Source of the DNA: an uncultured virus (IMG/VR IMGVR_UViG_3300011871_000042)
Taxonomy: Duplodnaviria > Heunggongvirae > Uroviricota > Caudoviricetes
DNA length: 64,000 nt
Direction: 5' to 3' (one strand)
Virus record (IMG/VR): IMGVR_UViG_3300011871_000042
Every line of letters starts with the position of its first letter. Positions within the stretch are counted from its first letter, which is position 1. The translations under genes and the position numbers were made by a program. Of this stretch, positions 20,786-31,557 are shown piece by piece. The notes under the pieces were generated by a model. The model saw only the letters and a program-made list of their open reading frames with translations. It was not told the origin of the DNA and did not search any database.

Positions 20786-22798
20786 ATGTATTCTGAGAAT
20801 GAAAATTATAAAAAATTATTCATAGCATTAAAAAACAATCAATATAATGAGGCAGAAGCTATCTTAAGTCAAGGAGCTGACATAAACTATAAAAATAGTA
20901 GGGGAGAAAATCTATTATGGAAAGCCATTGATTTAAATAATATTGAAATGTTTGAATGGTTAATAAATAAAGGATGTATAATAGAAGCTTTAAATACATC
21001 TAATGAATCATTAATAACCCACGCAATAAATCAGAATAATTTTAATTTTCTATCTTTTATTCTGAATAAAAATAGAAGCAATATAAATAAAATATCATTA
21101 AAAGGATTTTCTCCATTAATGTTGGCCTGTTCTGAAAATAAAAAAGAAGCAATAAAGATTCTTGTAGAGTATGGTTGTGATATAAATATCCAAAATCAAT
21201 ATTTAAATACAGCATTAATAATAGCTATAGCTAAAAGTGATTATGATGTTGTTAGTTTTTTGATAGAAAATGGAGCTAATTTATCATTAGCTAATAATGA
21301 TGGAGATACCGCTTTAATTATCAGTGCAAAATATAGAAAATTAAAAAGTTTAATATATTTACTAAGAAATAGTTCTGAAGAGTTAATAAATAAAAGAAAT
21401 AAATATGGCTCTACAGTAACGAGTTTTATTATTAATAGTCAGTTTTTAGAAAAAACACCAGAAATTGTTATAGATCTTTTAATTGAAAAAAATGCTGATT
21501 TTAACGTTAATATTATTGCTGAAAGATCATCTTCTCCTTTTTTAGAATCTATTAAATCTGGAGATATTAAAACTTTTCTAAAACTTATAAATACAAACAA
21601 TATTGATGTAAATATAACAGATTCAAGCGGGAATGACATCATACATTACTTATGTCTTTATAATTATTTAACTCCAGAGCTTTTAAAAAGAATAATAAAC
21701 TGTGGATATGACGTAAAGAATGTAAAATCAAGAGATGGTTTTACACCATATTATGCTTTGATAAATAATAAATTAGCATATGAAGATATAGAGGAAATTA
21801 TTAAAATATTAAAGGAATATGATTTTAAAAATGCTTATAAAACATTAGATAATGAATATCTATTAAATGCTTGTATTTATAATAGGAAAAAAGAACTATT
21901 AAAACTGTTTTTTAATAACGGCATATTAAATATTAAAGATAGTTATAAAAATGGAAATAAACTTATCCATAAAATTACTGAAATAATAAAAGACAGTGAA
22001 GAAATCGGTATTTTATATCTTGAAGATGAACTCAATTCTGAAAAAGAGAGATTAATAGGAAATGATGACAATGAATATGTAGAGTCAGCTTTAGAGCATA
22101 TAAAAGAACAAGAAAATGAAGTAGAAGAAATGAAAAAAGATATAAAAAGTTTCCTATCTTTTATAATAAAAATTTGTTCTGAAAATGGTATTTCTATTAA
22201 TGATGTTAACGATGAAGGAGATACTCCTTTAATGTTATTAATATCAAGTGGTCAGGCAATAATGTTAGAATACTTTATGGCATATAATCCAAATATACTT
22301 ATTGAAAATGAATATGGTGAAAATTCGCTATGTTATGCTATAAAGTATGGACGATTAGATGTTTTCGAAAAATTGTTTGGTTTGATAAATAATAGTCAAA
22401 ATGAAGCATCTAAGTTATTAGTCAATATTATTTATAATCTTCCTGATGATGAACGAAGAAAAGCGATAACATTAATTACCATAGAAGATATAATAGAAAC
22501 ACTTATGCCTTATATAAATAACTCAGATGAAGATGGTAATACTCCATTAATAATAGCTTGTGCTTTAAATGAAGAACAAATGGTTAAGATATTACTAAAA
22601 TATGGAGCCAATGCTTTGTTAAAAAATAAATCAAATGAAACAGCATTAATGCATGCTTGTTCTAATAATAATATCAATATTGTAAAAGCCCTAATAGAAA
22701 AAGATGTTGATGTAAATGCAAGAAATAACAAAGGTAATTCTGCAATAGATTTAACGACAAATAAAGAGATTGAAGAAATGTTAATAAATAGAAATTAA
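20786..22798 (+). CDS. Ankyrin-repeat protein
   Basis: Multiple G.TPL/TAL..A..LL..GA repeats. Confidence 0.9.
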   Translation: MYSENENYKKLFIALKNNQYNEAEAILSQGADINYKNSRGENLLWKAIDLNNIEMFEWLINKGCIIEALNTSNESLITHAINQNNFNFLSFILNKNRSNINKISLKGFSPLMLACSENKKEAIKILVEYGCDINIQNQYLNTALIIAIAKSDYDVVSFLIENGANLSLANNDGDTALIISAKYRKLKSLIYLLRNSSEELINKRNKYGSTVTSFIINSQFLEKTPEIVIDLLIEKNADFNVNIIAERSSSPFLESIKSGDIKTFLKLINTNNIDVNITDSSGNDIIHYLCLYNYLTPELLKRIINCGYDVKNVKSRDGFTPYYALINNKLAYEDIEEIIKILKEYDFKNAYKTLDNEYLLNACIYNRKKELLKLFFNNGILNIKDSYKNGNKLIHKITEIIKDSEEIGILYLEDELNSEKERLIGNDDNEYVESALEHIKEQENEVEEMKKDIKSFLSFIIKICSENGISINDVNDEGDTPLMLLISSGQAIMLEYFMAYNPNILIENEYGENSLCYAIKYGRLDVFEKLFGLINNSQNEASKLLVNIIYNLPDDERRKAITLITIEDIIETLMPYINNSDEDGNTPLIIACALNEEQMVKILLKYGANALLKNKSNETALMHACSNNNINIVKALIEKDVDVNARNNKGNSAIDLTTNKEIEEMLINRN

Positions 22799-22857
22799 GA
22801 ATATTGGAGATTTACAAAAAAGCAAAAATATATTAACATTATAAAAAATAAAAGGAG

Positions 22858-23154
22858 GTGTTTATGAATATAAAAAACAAAATAGCAATGGTATGCTTAC
22901 CATTAATATTAGCTGGTTGTGCGTACTCTCCTATACAATCTGAAAGATTGTCTACCATTAGAAATGGAGACACAAAAGAACATTTAATAGCAGTTGCTGG
23001 ATGGCCTGATGATGTAGAAACCGTTAATTCTACAACAAAAGCTTATGTTTATAAAAATAAGCATTGGTTCAGCAAAGGGCAAGATGTGAGTACAATCTAT
23101 GTTAAAGATGGTAAAGTGTTTTTAATAAAGAATGTAGAGCATGAAGAGAAGTAA
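22858..23154 (+). CDS. Small lipoprotein (BamE/SmpA-OmlA-like)
   Basis: Lipobox LAGC; G.TKE.L....GWPD..YVY..KDGKV. Confidence 0.65.
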   Translation: MFMNIKNKIAMVCLPLILAGCAYSPIQSERLSTIRNGDTKEHLIAVAGWPDDVETVNSTTKAYVYKNKHWFSKGQDVSTIYVKDGKVFLIKNVEHEEK

Positions 23155-23187
23155 AATAAAGGGGCATAAGCCCCTTTACTATTTACA

Positions 23188-24072
23188 TTAACAACAATCC
23201 CAATTGAAATAAACTTTAGAAAAATCCCTTTCTTTTAGTTTACTCAACGAAATTCTCCAGTTAGCAACACCACAATCTCCCCACATCATATGTAGTTCGT
23301 CTTCGCTATCAAGCTGTAAAAGTAAAACCAAATCATTAGGAACATCCTTTTTACCTACATAATATAAAGGATCTGTTTGAGTGAAATAAGCATATCCTCC
23401 AACTTTAGAGCCAGCGTTATTAGCTTCTTCAACTTCATAATAAAGATCTTCATCATCCAAATTAAAACCTTGATTAGATGCTTTAAGGACTGCATGATTA
23501 TAAAGATCTTGTGTGCCTAATAGTTCTTCATGTTGTTTAAAGTTAACTTTAACAGATTTATCAAATGGCATATCATCATGGGTAGTATTAATATATATAA
23601 TATTTTCTGGAAGAAAATGTTCTACAGAAATATCCTCATGATAAACAACAAGAGTGCTTTCTTCTGTTTCAGGATATCCCCACATATCATCATCAAAAGC
23701 AAAGAAAAACTGAATAATCCCTTTTTGGGGGAAATCAGGAATTGCTTTATCAAATTGAATGCCGTCTTTTATAGCTTCTTCAATATTTAACTGAAAAATA
23801 AGTTTGGCTGTTTTACCATTTAATGTAGGATATTCTTTACCTTTAGGCCAATAGGGAACACCACCTATTTTTGATGAGAAAACATCTTTAAATTCATCAT
23901 ATGTGTCAGAAGATTTACCTATTTTAAAAAACGTCTTTAAAGTTGGTTGAAGTAATGAAACAATCGCNNNNNNNNNNNNNNNNNNNNNNNNNNNNNNNNN
24001 NNNNNNNNNNNNNNNNNNNNNNNNNNNNNNNNNNNNNNNNNNNNNNNTGTTTATCCATAAGGAACCTCTCAT
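23188..24072 (-). CDS. YwqG/DUF1963 family protein (5' end in an N gap)
   Basis: SKIGGVPYWP, FQLN, PQKGIIQFF, KVGGYAYFTQ.DP, LLQLDS, MWGDCG, WDC. Confidence 0.85.
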   Translation of the reverse strand: MRGSLWINXXXXXXXXXXXXXXXXXXXXXXXXXXXAIVSLLQPTLKTFFKIGKSSDTYDEFKDVFSSKIGGVPYWPKGKEYPTLNGKTAKLIFQLNIEEAIKDGIQFDKAIPDFPQKGIIQFFFAFDDDMWGYPETEESTLVVYHEDISVEHFLPENIIYINTTHDDMPFDKSVKVNFKQHEELLGTQDLYNHAVLKASNQGFNLDDEDLYYEVEEANNAGSKVGGYAYFTQTDPLYYVGKKDVPNDLVLLLQLDSEDELHMMWGDCGVANWRISLSKLKERDFSKVYFNWDCC

Positions 24073-24150
24073 ATAGTTAGTGAATACGAAGTATACCTTA
24101 AAAATGAATTTTTTTCAAACATAACATTTTTTTGATTAAGAAATATTATA

Positions 24151-24528
24151 ATGGTATATTTAAGGAATATGCTAAAAAATAAAATGATAGGAGCTGTTAT
24201 GTTTTTTAAAAAGAAAACTAATATGGATGTAGGAAAAATTAGTTTAGGAAATACTCTTTACTATATTTTTGGTCAAGATGATACACATCCCTATACAAGT
24301 GTTTATACTGACAAAGATATTTCAGTTATGTTTTATGGTTTATATGATGAACTAACAAAGAATACAAAAATGTATTTACATTGTTCAATAAAAAATGATA
24401 AGCCAATATTTTACATTGAAATAGAAGGATTTGAGCTAATAAAAAAAGCCTATCATATCAACATGACGCTTCAAAGATTCAATAAACTTTTTGAAGAAGA
24501 AAAATTAAAAGGAAATACAAAAAGTTAA
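24151..24528 (+). CDS. Hypothetical protein, paralog of 24641-25156
   Basis: GKISLG and LQRFNKLFEEEKLK shared with the neighbour. Confidence 0.6.
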   Translation: MVYLRNMLKNKMIGAVMFFKKKTNMDVGKISLGNTLYYIFGQDDTHPYTSVYTDKDISVMFYGLYDELTKNTKMYLHCSIKNDKPIFYIEIEGFELIKKAYHINMTLQRFNKLFEEEKLKGNTKS

Positions 24529-24640
24529 AATCATCAATTATATTATAAAAGTGTAAGTTATTTATTTAAAACTGGTTATTCTTTAATAGGGATTATATCT
24601 TCATTAGCTGTATTTATATTATATAACAAAAAAATTAAAA

Positions 24641-25156
24641 ATGAGAGAGGTTAATATGTTTAATGTGTTATCATTATTAGTAATGGCAGTATTGTGTGCA
24701 GGATCTATGGTTTCATTTTTTATTTCTAATAGTAGTTCTTACACTTTTAGCTTTCTGGCAGGAATGTTTTTATCATCATTAGGAGCTTTATACTTTGCAA
24801 ATAAAATTGTAACTAAAGAGCATCAGGAAAAAACTATATTGGGTAAAATCAGTTTAGGTAAAATTTCCCACTTTGGATATACAAAATATTCTAACTCTTA
24901 TTGGGGAACCCAAATATACACTCAAGATAATCATGCATTTGTAATAACAAGTGAATTAAAAGATTTAGAAAAAGATGAAGAAATATTTTTAACAGCATAT
25001 TCAGGAGGCGTATCCGGGAAGAATTATTTTTTAATAGTTAGAAATAATGGAAAAGAATATGGTTTTGAAAAAAGCAACTTTAATCTGGAAAAGTTTAATA
25101 AAATATTCGAAGAACAGAAATTAAAAATAAGAAGTAAAGAGAATGTATATAGCTGA
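24641..25156 (+). CDS. Hypothetical membrane protein
   Basis: Two N-terminal TM helices; GKISLG, LEKFNKIFEEQKLK. Confidence 0.7.
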   Translation: MREVNMFNVLSLLVMAVLCAGSMVSFFISNSSSYTFSFLAGMFLSSLGALYFANKIVTKEHQEKTILGKISLGKISHFGYTKYSNSYWGTQIYTQDNHAFVITSELKDLEKDEEIFLTAYSGGVSGKNYFLIVRNNGKEYGFEKSNFNLEKFNKIFEEQKLKIRSKENVYS

Positions 25157-25201
25157 AAATAAAAAGCCTCGTGAGAGGCTTTTATAAAATATTCATATTT
25201 T

Positions 25202-26005
25202 TTAATGACAATCGAAGCTATAAAAAATGTTGTTAAAATCCAATTTTTTCAGATCTTCTATATCTATACGCCAATTGGCAACACCACAATCCCCCCAACA
25301 CATATCTTCTAAATCACTGTCAATCTGAAAAAGTAAAACTAAAGGATAAAGTTCATCAGGATATTTATCTATAAACTGATTATATTCATTCCATAAGGGA
25401 TCTTCTTGAGTAAAATAAGCATATCCACCTAATTTAGTTCCAGAGGTATAAGATTCAGGAATTTCGTCATTTTCCCACTGAATAATTTCTAATAGAGATT
25501 CATCTTTAAGTTCTTTTATATGCTTAGCTAAAAATCCTTGATAAAAAGAATCACAACAACCAATTAATTCTTTGGATTCATTCTTTAATGTAATTCTAAA
25601 GGATTCTTCATATCCAACATATTCATCATTAAGAGCTGTTTTTATTTGTTCATCTGTCAAGAAATGTTCTTGTTCTGTATTAGGATGATAAACAACTAAA
25701 GTATCTTCCCAGCATTCATCATGTTCAACCAAAAAGAATTGTAATATTCCTGTTGTTGGATAATAAGGGGAAATATTTTTTAGATTTACTTTTTTACTTA
25801 AATCATCAAGATTAAGTTGAGTAATCATTTTATAATTATTACCCTCAAACATAGGATATTTCTTATCTTTGGGCCAGTAAGGTATTCCACCTATTTTTGA
25901 AACCGTTATATCTTTATAAATATCATAAGGTGCTTCATCTAATATAAAATAATAAGCAGATCTTTCACTTGGTTTTAATTTATATTTTAGAGTTTTTATA
26001 TCCAT
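25202..26005 (-). CDS. YwqG/DUF1963 family protein
   Basis: SKIGGIPYWP, GILQFF, KLGGYAYFTQEDP, WGDCG. Confidence 0.85.
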   Translation of the reverse strand: MDIKTLKYKLKPSERSAYYFILDEAPYDIYKDITVSKIGGIPYWPKDKKYPMFEGNNYKMITQLNLDDLSKKVNLKNISPYYPTTGILQFFLVEHDECWEDTLVVYHPNTEQEHFLTDEQIKTALNDEYVGYEESFRITLKNESKELIGCCDSFYQGFLAKHIKELKDESLLEIIQWENDEIPESYTSGTKLGGYAYFTQEDPLWNEYNQFIDKYPDELYPLVLLFQIDSDLEDMCWGDCGVANWRIDIEDLKKLDFNNIFYSFDCH

Positions 26006-26111
26006 TAATATCTCCTTTTAAATAATATTCATCATAACATTTATTATATTATTTTCAATAATATAAGTATATTAATTAGATAGTATAAAAAAGAAAAGCC
26101 TCTTGGGAGGC

Positions 26112-26654
26112 TTACATTTTAAGTTTATACTTATTTTCGAAACAACTATCTAAAACAGCCTGATAAGCTTTTCTCCATTTATGATGTTTTTCCCTCACAT
26201 TATTTTTATTAATAAATACTCTATCTGTGCTTTCATGAGATATATTGAAGTCAAGTATTTCAAATTGAGTTACCTTATAAAATAACTCTATGCCTTTTTC
26301 AGGATATCCATTTTCCATAGCAAGTGGAGCATTGGAGTTATCGACTAATATACCACCTATAACTTCATAATTTAAAGGAATAATAGAAGCTTCCTCTCTT
26401 GCCTCTCTAATAAGAGCTTGTTCTGGAGTTTCATCTTTCTCAATATGTCCTCCAATAATATCAATACCTCTATGATTAATAGTAAATAAAACATCATCAT
26501 TCAAAATAGGAAAGCAATGCGATGTTATTATAAAAGAATGAGGAAAAGATAAAACTTCTTCTTTATTCAAGAAATAAAGATCTACTTCACCATATTTAAA
26601 TTGTGTTTTTTCTGTAAAAATCATTTTATAATCCTTTTTTATAAAATTAGCCAC
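26112..26654 (-). CDS. NUDIX hydrolase
   Basis: GGHIEKDETPEQALIREAREEA Nudix box. Confidence 0.85.
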   Translation of the reverse strand: MANFIKKDYKMIFTEKTQFKYGEVDLYFLNKEEVLSFPHSFIITSHCFPILNDDVLFTINHRGIDIIGGHIEKDETPEQALIREAREEASIIPLNYEVIGGILVDNSNAPLAMENGYPEKGIELFYKVTQFEILDFNISHESTDRVFINKNNVREKHHKWRKAYQAVLDSCFENKYKLKM

Positions 26655-27846
26655 ATTGGGTTCCGGCTGTTATATTTTCAAAATTTAGTATTTTTAAATC
26701 GTCTTCATTTATATAAAAACAAAAAGCTCCAGAGTCTCCCCAATACATACCAGTATTTTCTGAGCACATTGTTTGTAATAAAACTCTATCATTACTACCT
26801 AGTTCTTGAACAGGTATTTCATAAGCTAATAAAGAATGCATGGATGTATAATCAAGTGAAATATGGGAATATGTAGCCATATGTTGTAAATCTGAAACAT
26901 CAGTTAATAATTCCAACTCTTCTGCTGTAAGATTAAATTGTTCCAAAATTTTCTCTTCTTTATAAAGAGGATATGAATCAGCATAATCTATATCAATAGC
27001 TACTTCATTTAATTTAAAATAATAATTGTTTTTTCTTTTAAGTTCTGACTTTTCAACATCAAGATAGTAAACTTGATTTGTTCCTTTTTCATCTATTTTA
27101 TCAAGGAAATAAATATAATCATCATAATCTAGATGTGCAACAGCACTAAAAAAATAAAGAAATCCTGTATTTGGTAATAAATTGTCTGACATGTTAGGAT
27201 CTATTTCTGATAAATCTATTTGAGCCAAAAATGTTAATGGTTTATTATCACATGTAGGCCATAAAAAATCTTTTGGTAAATCGGGTTGTCCTCCTAATTT
27301 TGAAGAACCTTTAGTTATTTTTTTATTAATATTCTCAATCAACATAACAGACTTTTTCTTTGTCTTTTCAAAAATATATCTATATTTATCAGCTTGTTTA
27401 TATTCAATAGCCCAATCTAAGATATCTTCTTTACTTAGTTTTTCATTAAATACTTTTTTAAAAAAATCGTAATGATATTGTTTTTTGTAATTGTTATATA
27501 CATTATCATATGATTTTTTTATCAAATAAAATATGAAGTTTTCATTATTCTTATTTATTTTATAAATGGGGATTTCATACCAATTATATTCATCAAGATC
27601 TTCTCCCCATGATCGTTTTTTAGTGTCATAAATTAAATTAGGATAATCTTGTTTATCTTTTTTGTATATTCGTAACAAAATAACATCTTCATAAAACATA
27701 ATAAAATCAGGAATCCCCCAATTAAATATTCTATAAGATAAACAACTTTTAAATACATGTTTTCCTTTTTTTAAACCTCTATATATATTAATTGTAGAAA
27801 AAGGGAGTGAAGCACTATATTCTATAAATTTTTGGCATTTATTCAT
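26647..27846 (-). CDS. YwqG/DUF1963 domain protein with an extra N-terminal domain
   Basis: SKLGGQPDLP..WP..PLTFLAQIDL, LPNTGFLYFF, WGDSG. Confidence 0.8.
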   Translation of the reverse strand: MNKCQKFIEYSASLPFSTINIYRGLKKGKHVFKSCLSYRIFNWGIPDFIMFYEDVILLRIYKKDKQDYPNLIYDTKKRSWGEDLDEYNWYEIPIYKINKNNENFIFYLIKKSYDNVYNNYKKQYHYDFFKKVFNEKLSKEDILDWAIEYKQADKYRYIFEKTKKKSVMLIENINKKITKGSSKLGGQPDLPKDFLWPTCDNKPLTFLAQIDLSEIDPNMSDNLLPNTGFLYFFSAVAHLDYDDYIYFLDKIDEKGTNQVYYLDVEKSELKRKNNYYFKLNEVAIDIDYADSYPLYKEEKILEQFNLTAEELELLTDVSDLQHMATYSHISLDYTSMHSLLAYEIPVQELGSNDRVLLQTMCSENTGMYWGDSGAFCFYINEDDLKILNFENITAGTQCG

Positions 27847-27881
27847 ACTAAATCCTTATTTTAAAATTTGAGTTAAAACTA

Positions 27882-28544
27882 TTATTTTACATTTAAATAT
27901 ACTGGTTTATAACTCATCCTATGAAATCCATCAATAGGTCCATATTTCTGTAGAGCTTCTAAATGAAGGGCTGTTCCATATCCTTTATGATTTTCAAAGC
28001 CATACAAAGAATAAGGTTCAGTCTTAGCTATATCCATAATATCTCTATCTCTCGTAACTTTAGCTAAGATTGATGCTGCAGAAATACACTGAATATGAAA
28101 ATCGCCTTTAATACAAAAATCATGTTCAATAGATAAACCTTGTGGAACTTTATTGCCATCAATAACAGCATATTCTACTTTCTTTAAACCATTTATGGCT
28201 CTCTTAAATCCTTCCATACGAGCATTAAAAATATTAATAGAATCTATTTCTTGTGGTGTAATTTTAATAATGCAATAATCTAAAGCATTTTCTAAAATTA
28301 ATGGAAATAAAGCATCTCGTTTCTTTTCAGTTAATTTTTTACTATCATTTAAACCCAAAATAGGTTTTGTTGGATCAAGAATTACAGAAGCTACAACTAA
28401 ATCACCACATAAGGGTCCAGCTCCCGCCTCATCTACGCCACATGAATATAATGTATTTGATATTTTATTCTTAATATTTTCTATTTTTTGAATATTTAGC
28501 TGCTCAATTATTGCTAGTTCTTCTGGAGTTTTGATTTTAGCCAA
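27882..28544 (-). CDS. rnhB: Ribonuclease HII
   Basis: GVDEAGAGPLCG, LNDSKKL, IDGN, KGD, AASILAKVTRD, HKGYGT. Confidence 0.95.
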   Translation of the reverse strand: MAKIKTPEELAIIEQLNIQKIENIKNKISNTLYSCGVDEAGAGPLCGDLVVASVILDPTKPILGLNDSKKLTEKKRDALFPLILENALDYCIIKITPQEIDSINIFNARMEGFKRAINGLKKVEYAVIDGNKVPQGLSIEHDFCIKGDFHIQCISAASILAKVTRDRDIMDIAKTEPYSLYGFENHKGYGTALHLEALQKYGPIDGFHRMSYKPVYLNVK

Positions 28545-28708
28545 TTTTTCTTCCTTTTTTAATTTGATTTATTGTTTAAAAATTAATATATAGATTATAC
28601 CATATTTTTTATTTTGTACGAAAATAAAATAACTTTTTTGACAAAAAGGGGAAATATAGTATAAGAAAATTCTAAAATTGGCTTTTTGGTAGTATTCAGA
28701 GGACTAAA

Positions 28709-29386
28709 ATGATACGAAAGCGTACTCTATATTCATCATTGCTTGCCCTAACAATGATGGTGCCAATGATTTCATCAGCACAAAATATACAAACAGGGAA
28801 CAACTACTCAGGTAGCAATATTAATAACTCTAACAGTCAATATGTTTATTCAAACGGAAGAACATATTATGGAAGTGGCTTACAACAGCAAGTTAAACAA
28901 GCCCCACAACAACAGCAACAAGTAAGTAATCAAGTAGCTCAAGTTAATACTAATCAAAGAGTTGCTTCAAAACAGAGTTCAACTCAGGTTTATTATATAA
29001 AAGGTTCAAGACCTTGTTGGGAAGAAGCGGCAGCATTTCATAATGTGGATCCGTGGTTATTAATGTCTATAGCTTATGTTGAGTCAAGATTTAATCCAAA
29101 TGCTGTAAACAGAAATAAGAATGGAAGTTACGATACAGGAATGATGCAAATTAACAGCATTTGGTTCCCGACTCTTAGAAAAAATGGGATAGATCCAAGT
29201 TTATTAAAAGATGCATGTGCTTCGACTTATATTGGCGCTTGGATTTTATCTAAAAATATTAAGCAATATGGTTATACTTGGAGAGCAATAGGAGCTTATA
29301 ACTCAGCAAAACCAAGTCTTGGTTATAAATATGCTCAAAAAGTTGATGCTGCACACGCAAAACTGACTGCTATGAGAAATAATTAA
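28709..29386 (+). CDS. Secreted lytic transglycosylase (SLT, IagB-like)
   Basis: Signal peptide, Q-rich linker, IAYVESRFNP.A, GMMQINS, AIGAYNS. Confidence 0.9.
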   Translation: MIRKRTLYSSLLALTMMVPMISSAQNIQTGNNYSGSNINNSNSQYVYSNGRTYYGSGLQQQVKQAPQQQQQVSNQVAQVNTNQRVASKQSSTQVYYIKGSRPCWEEAAAFHNVDPWLLMSIAYVESRFNPNAVNRNKNGSYDTGMMQINSIWFPTLRKNGIDPSLLKDACASTYIGAWILSKNIKQYGYTWRAIGAYNSAKPSLGYKYAQKVDAAHAKLTAMRNN

Positions 29387-29483
29387 TATAACTAAAAGTT
29401 TAAATAAATTTGAATTTATTAAAAAAATAAGATATTAATTAGCTTTACTCGTAATTTTAACAAATAATATAAAGGGGTTTCAT

Positions 29484-29771
29484 ATGAGTTCAGAAGTGCA
29501 TAAAAAATTAGGTAGTTGGGTAGCTGGTAAACTTGCTGATAAAGAACAGCGTTTAAGTGAAGGTGAAGATGCAACAGTAGTTTTAAATGATTACAATCTT
29601 GCATTTAATGCCGCAAAACAAGTTCTTGTCATTACTGATGTTGAAGAAGCAGATTTAGAATCTCTTGACTTGGCTCTTGAGTTGATTGATGAAGAATTCG
29701 AAGATCTTGAAAGAAGTAGACAACGTGCTGCTAAAAAAGCGAAACTTGAAAAAATCGCTGCTGGTAAATAA
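29484..29771 (+). CDS. Hypothetical protein
   Basis: SD AAGGGG, 95 aa, terminator downstream. Confidence 0.65.
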   Translation: MSSEVHKKLGSWVAGKLADKEQRLSEGEDATVVLNDYNLAFNAAKQVLVITDVEEADLESLDLALELIDEEFEDLERSRQRAAKKAKLEKIAAGK

Positions 29772-29778
29772 GATAAAG

Positions 29779-29802
29779 AAAACGCCCTCCGGGGCGTTTT
29801 TT
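29779..29802. terminator. Bidirectional intrinsic terminator
   Basis: AAAACGCCC-TCCG-GGGCGTTTTTT. Confidence 0.85.
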
Positions 29803-29803
29803 A

Positions 29804-30811
29804 TTAGATGTTTTTCTTGGGTATTCTAATAGAAACTTCAAAAATACCTTCTATTTCTTTCGTTCTAAATCTATGTTTATTTGGATATAGCCATTCCAAT
29901 CTTTCTGCTAAGTTAGGTAGAGTTACACCATTACCCGGCTTCTTCGATCTATTATCACTAATAGGATTAGAAATCGTTACATTAATATAATCTTTTTCTT
30001 CCCATCCTTTAACAAATATTTCTGGATTATATTCAGCTTCAATAGGCTCTATACCATATTTTATAGCATTTTCTAATAAAGGCTGTAAAAGTAAAGAAGG
30101 TAAGCGAGTATTATCATTTATTGTCCAATCCCAATTTACTTTAAGTTTTTCATCCATTCTTAATTTTTCTAATCGTAAATAAGCTTCTGCGTTAGCCCTT
30201 TCCTCTATAGCCGCTATTTCAGGTTCTTTTTGAAGCATTGCGCGAGATAAATCAGCTAAATCTAAAACAGCATTCTCTGCTCTATCAGAATCTATTTGTA
30301 TCATTTCTGCAAGATTATTCAGCGTATTGAATAAAAAATGAGGTCTCATTCTTGCCTGTAACATATCTAATCTAGCTTTTGCCCAAGAAGAAGATCCTCT
30401 TCTATGTTCTCCATCAAAAAAATATAAAAGTAAAAATACAAAAAGTATATCTCTACTCAATCGTTCTATAAGATATGACCATGTAACAAAAACAAAGTTC
30501 GTTTCATTAATGGCAGCAACACATAAAGAAAATGTACAAGTAAGAACAGCCCATGCTACCCAAGACCATGCTATATTTAATTTCCTTAACCACTTTCCGC
30601 CATATCCAAAAGTAAGCAATAGTAAGAATGATAATGGAATCCACGTTTTTGTTAAAACAAGAAAGTTAGATAACCAATCATCAGTATTTGTGACTAAAGT
30701 TCCAAAAATAGTTAGTGCTATTGTTCCAATAGACCATCGAGTAATTACTCCCGGCCTATCTAAAATAGGAAAAAACCATCTTTCATCATAATTAGGTCTC
30801 GACATTTGCAA
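29804..30811 (-). CDS. LytS-type sensor histidine kinase (AlgZ/FimS-like)
   Basis: TM helices; LQARMRPHFLFNTLN, LQPLLENAIKYG, GNG..L.NL.ERL. Confidence 0.88.
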   Translation of the reverse strand: MQMSRPNYDERWFFPILDRPGVITRWSIGTIALTIFGTLVTNTDDWLSNFLVLTKTWIPLSFLLLLTFGYGGKWLRKLNIAWSWVAWAVLTCTFSLCVAAINETNFVFVTWSYLIERLSRDILFVFLLLYFFDGEHRRGSSSWAKARLDMLQARMRPHFLFNTLNNLAEMIQIDSDRAENAVLDLADLSRAMLQKEPEIAAIEERANAEAYLRLEKLRMDEKLKVNWDWTINDNTRLPSLLLQPLLENAIKYGIEPIEAEYNPEIFVKGWEEKDYINVTISNPISDNRSKKPGNGVTLPNLAERLEWLYPNKHRFRTKEIEGIFEVSIRIPKKNI

Positions 30812-30863
30812 TTTCCATAGTTATAAGTATTATATATTTTATGTTATATACAATAATGGAGAA

Positions 30864-31547
30864 ATGTCGATGAAAAATAATAAAGTATTTTTATCTGTAA
30901 TAGCCGCTATGGGTTTAAGTTTATCTTTAGGAGCTAATGCAGCAGTGGTAAGTGTAACAACAGGATCAAATCCTTATTACCAATATCAGCAAGAAAACCT
31001 TGCATCCCAACAGCAACAGCAACCACAAACACTTCCTCAAAGTGCTACAAATATTCAAGCACAACAGAGGATGCAGACTATGCAACAACAAAATACACAA
31101 GCTAATACACCTTTTGATCCAACAGCTCAGGCATACCAAGATGCTGCCAATATAAATCAACAAGGAAATACTCAACAAACTCAAACTCAAGCACAGACTC
31201 AGCAAAAAGATACAGGGCCTAAAAATGCTTTTGAACAAGGATATGGTAGTGAACAAGAGTCTTTAGCTCAACAAGAAGCGTTAGAAGAGTGGGTAAGCCT
31301 ACAATCAGCAAGACAAAAAGGTGAGACAGTGAATGTGCCAGTATTTAAATCATCAAATGCTGTTGGAAGTGATAAAAGATCAAGCGTATGGTTAACTAAC
31401 TGGAAAGGTATTCTTGTAGAACAAGTTGGTATGAAACCTGAAAAAGTGGATTTTGAAGCATCAAGATTAACTAAAGAAGAGTTTGCGGCTTGGGCCTCAA
31501 GACAAGTAAGATATGTAGAACCAAATACAATTGCTGTTAACCCTTAA
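30864..31547 (+). CDS. Secreted Gln-rich hypothetical protein
   Basis: Signal peptide (ANA-A), Q/T-rich region. Confidence 0.7.
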   Translation: MSMKNNKVFLSVIAAMGLSLSLGANAAVVSVTTGSNPYYQYQQENLASQQQQQPQTLPQSATNIQAQQRMQTMQQQNTQANTPFDPTAQAYQDAANINQQGNTQQTQTQAQTQQKDTGPKNAFEQGYGSEQESLAQQEALEEWVSLQSARQKGETVNVPVFKSSNAVGSDKRSSVWLTNWKGILVEQVGMKPEKVDFEASRLTKEEFAAWASRQVRYVEPNTIAVNP

Positions 31548-31557
31548 TAGGTAAAAA

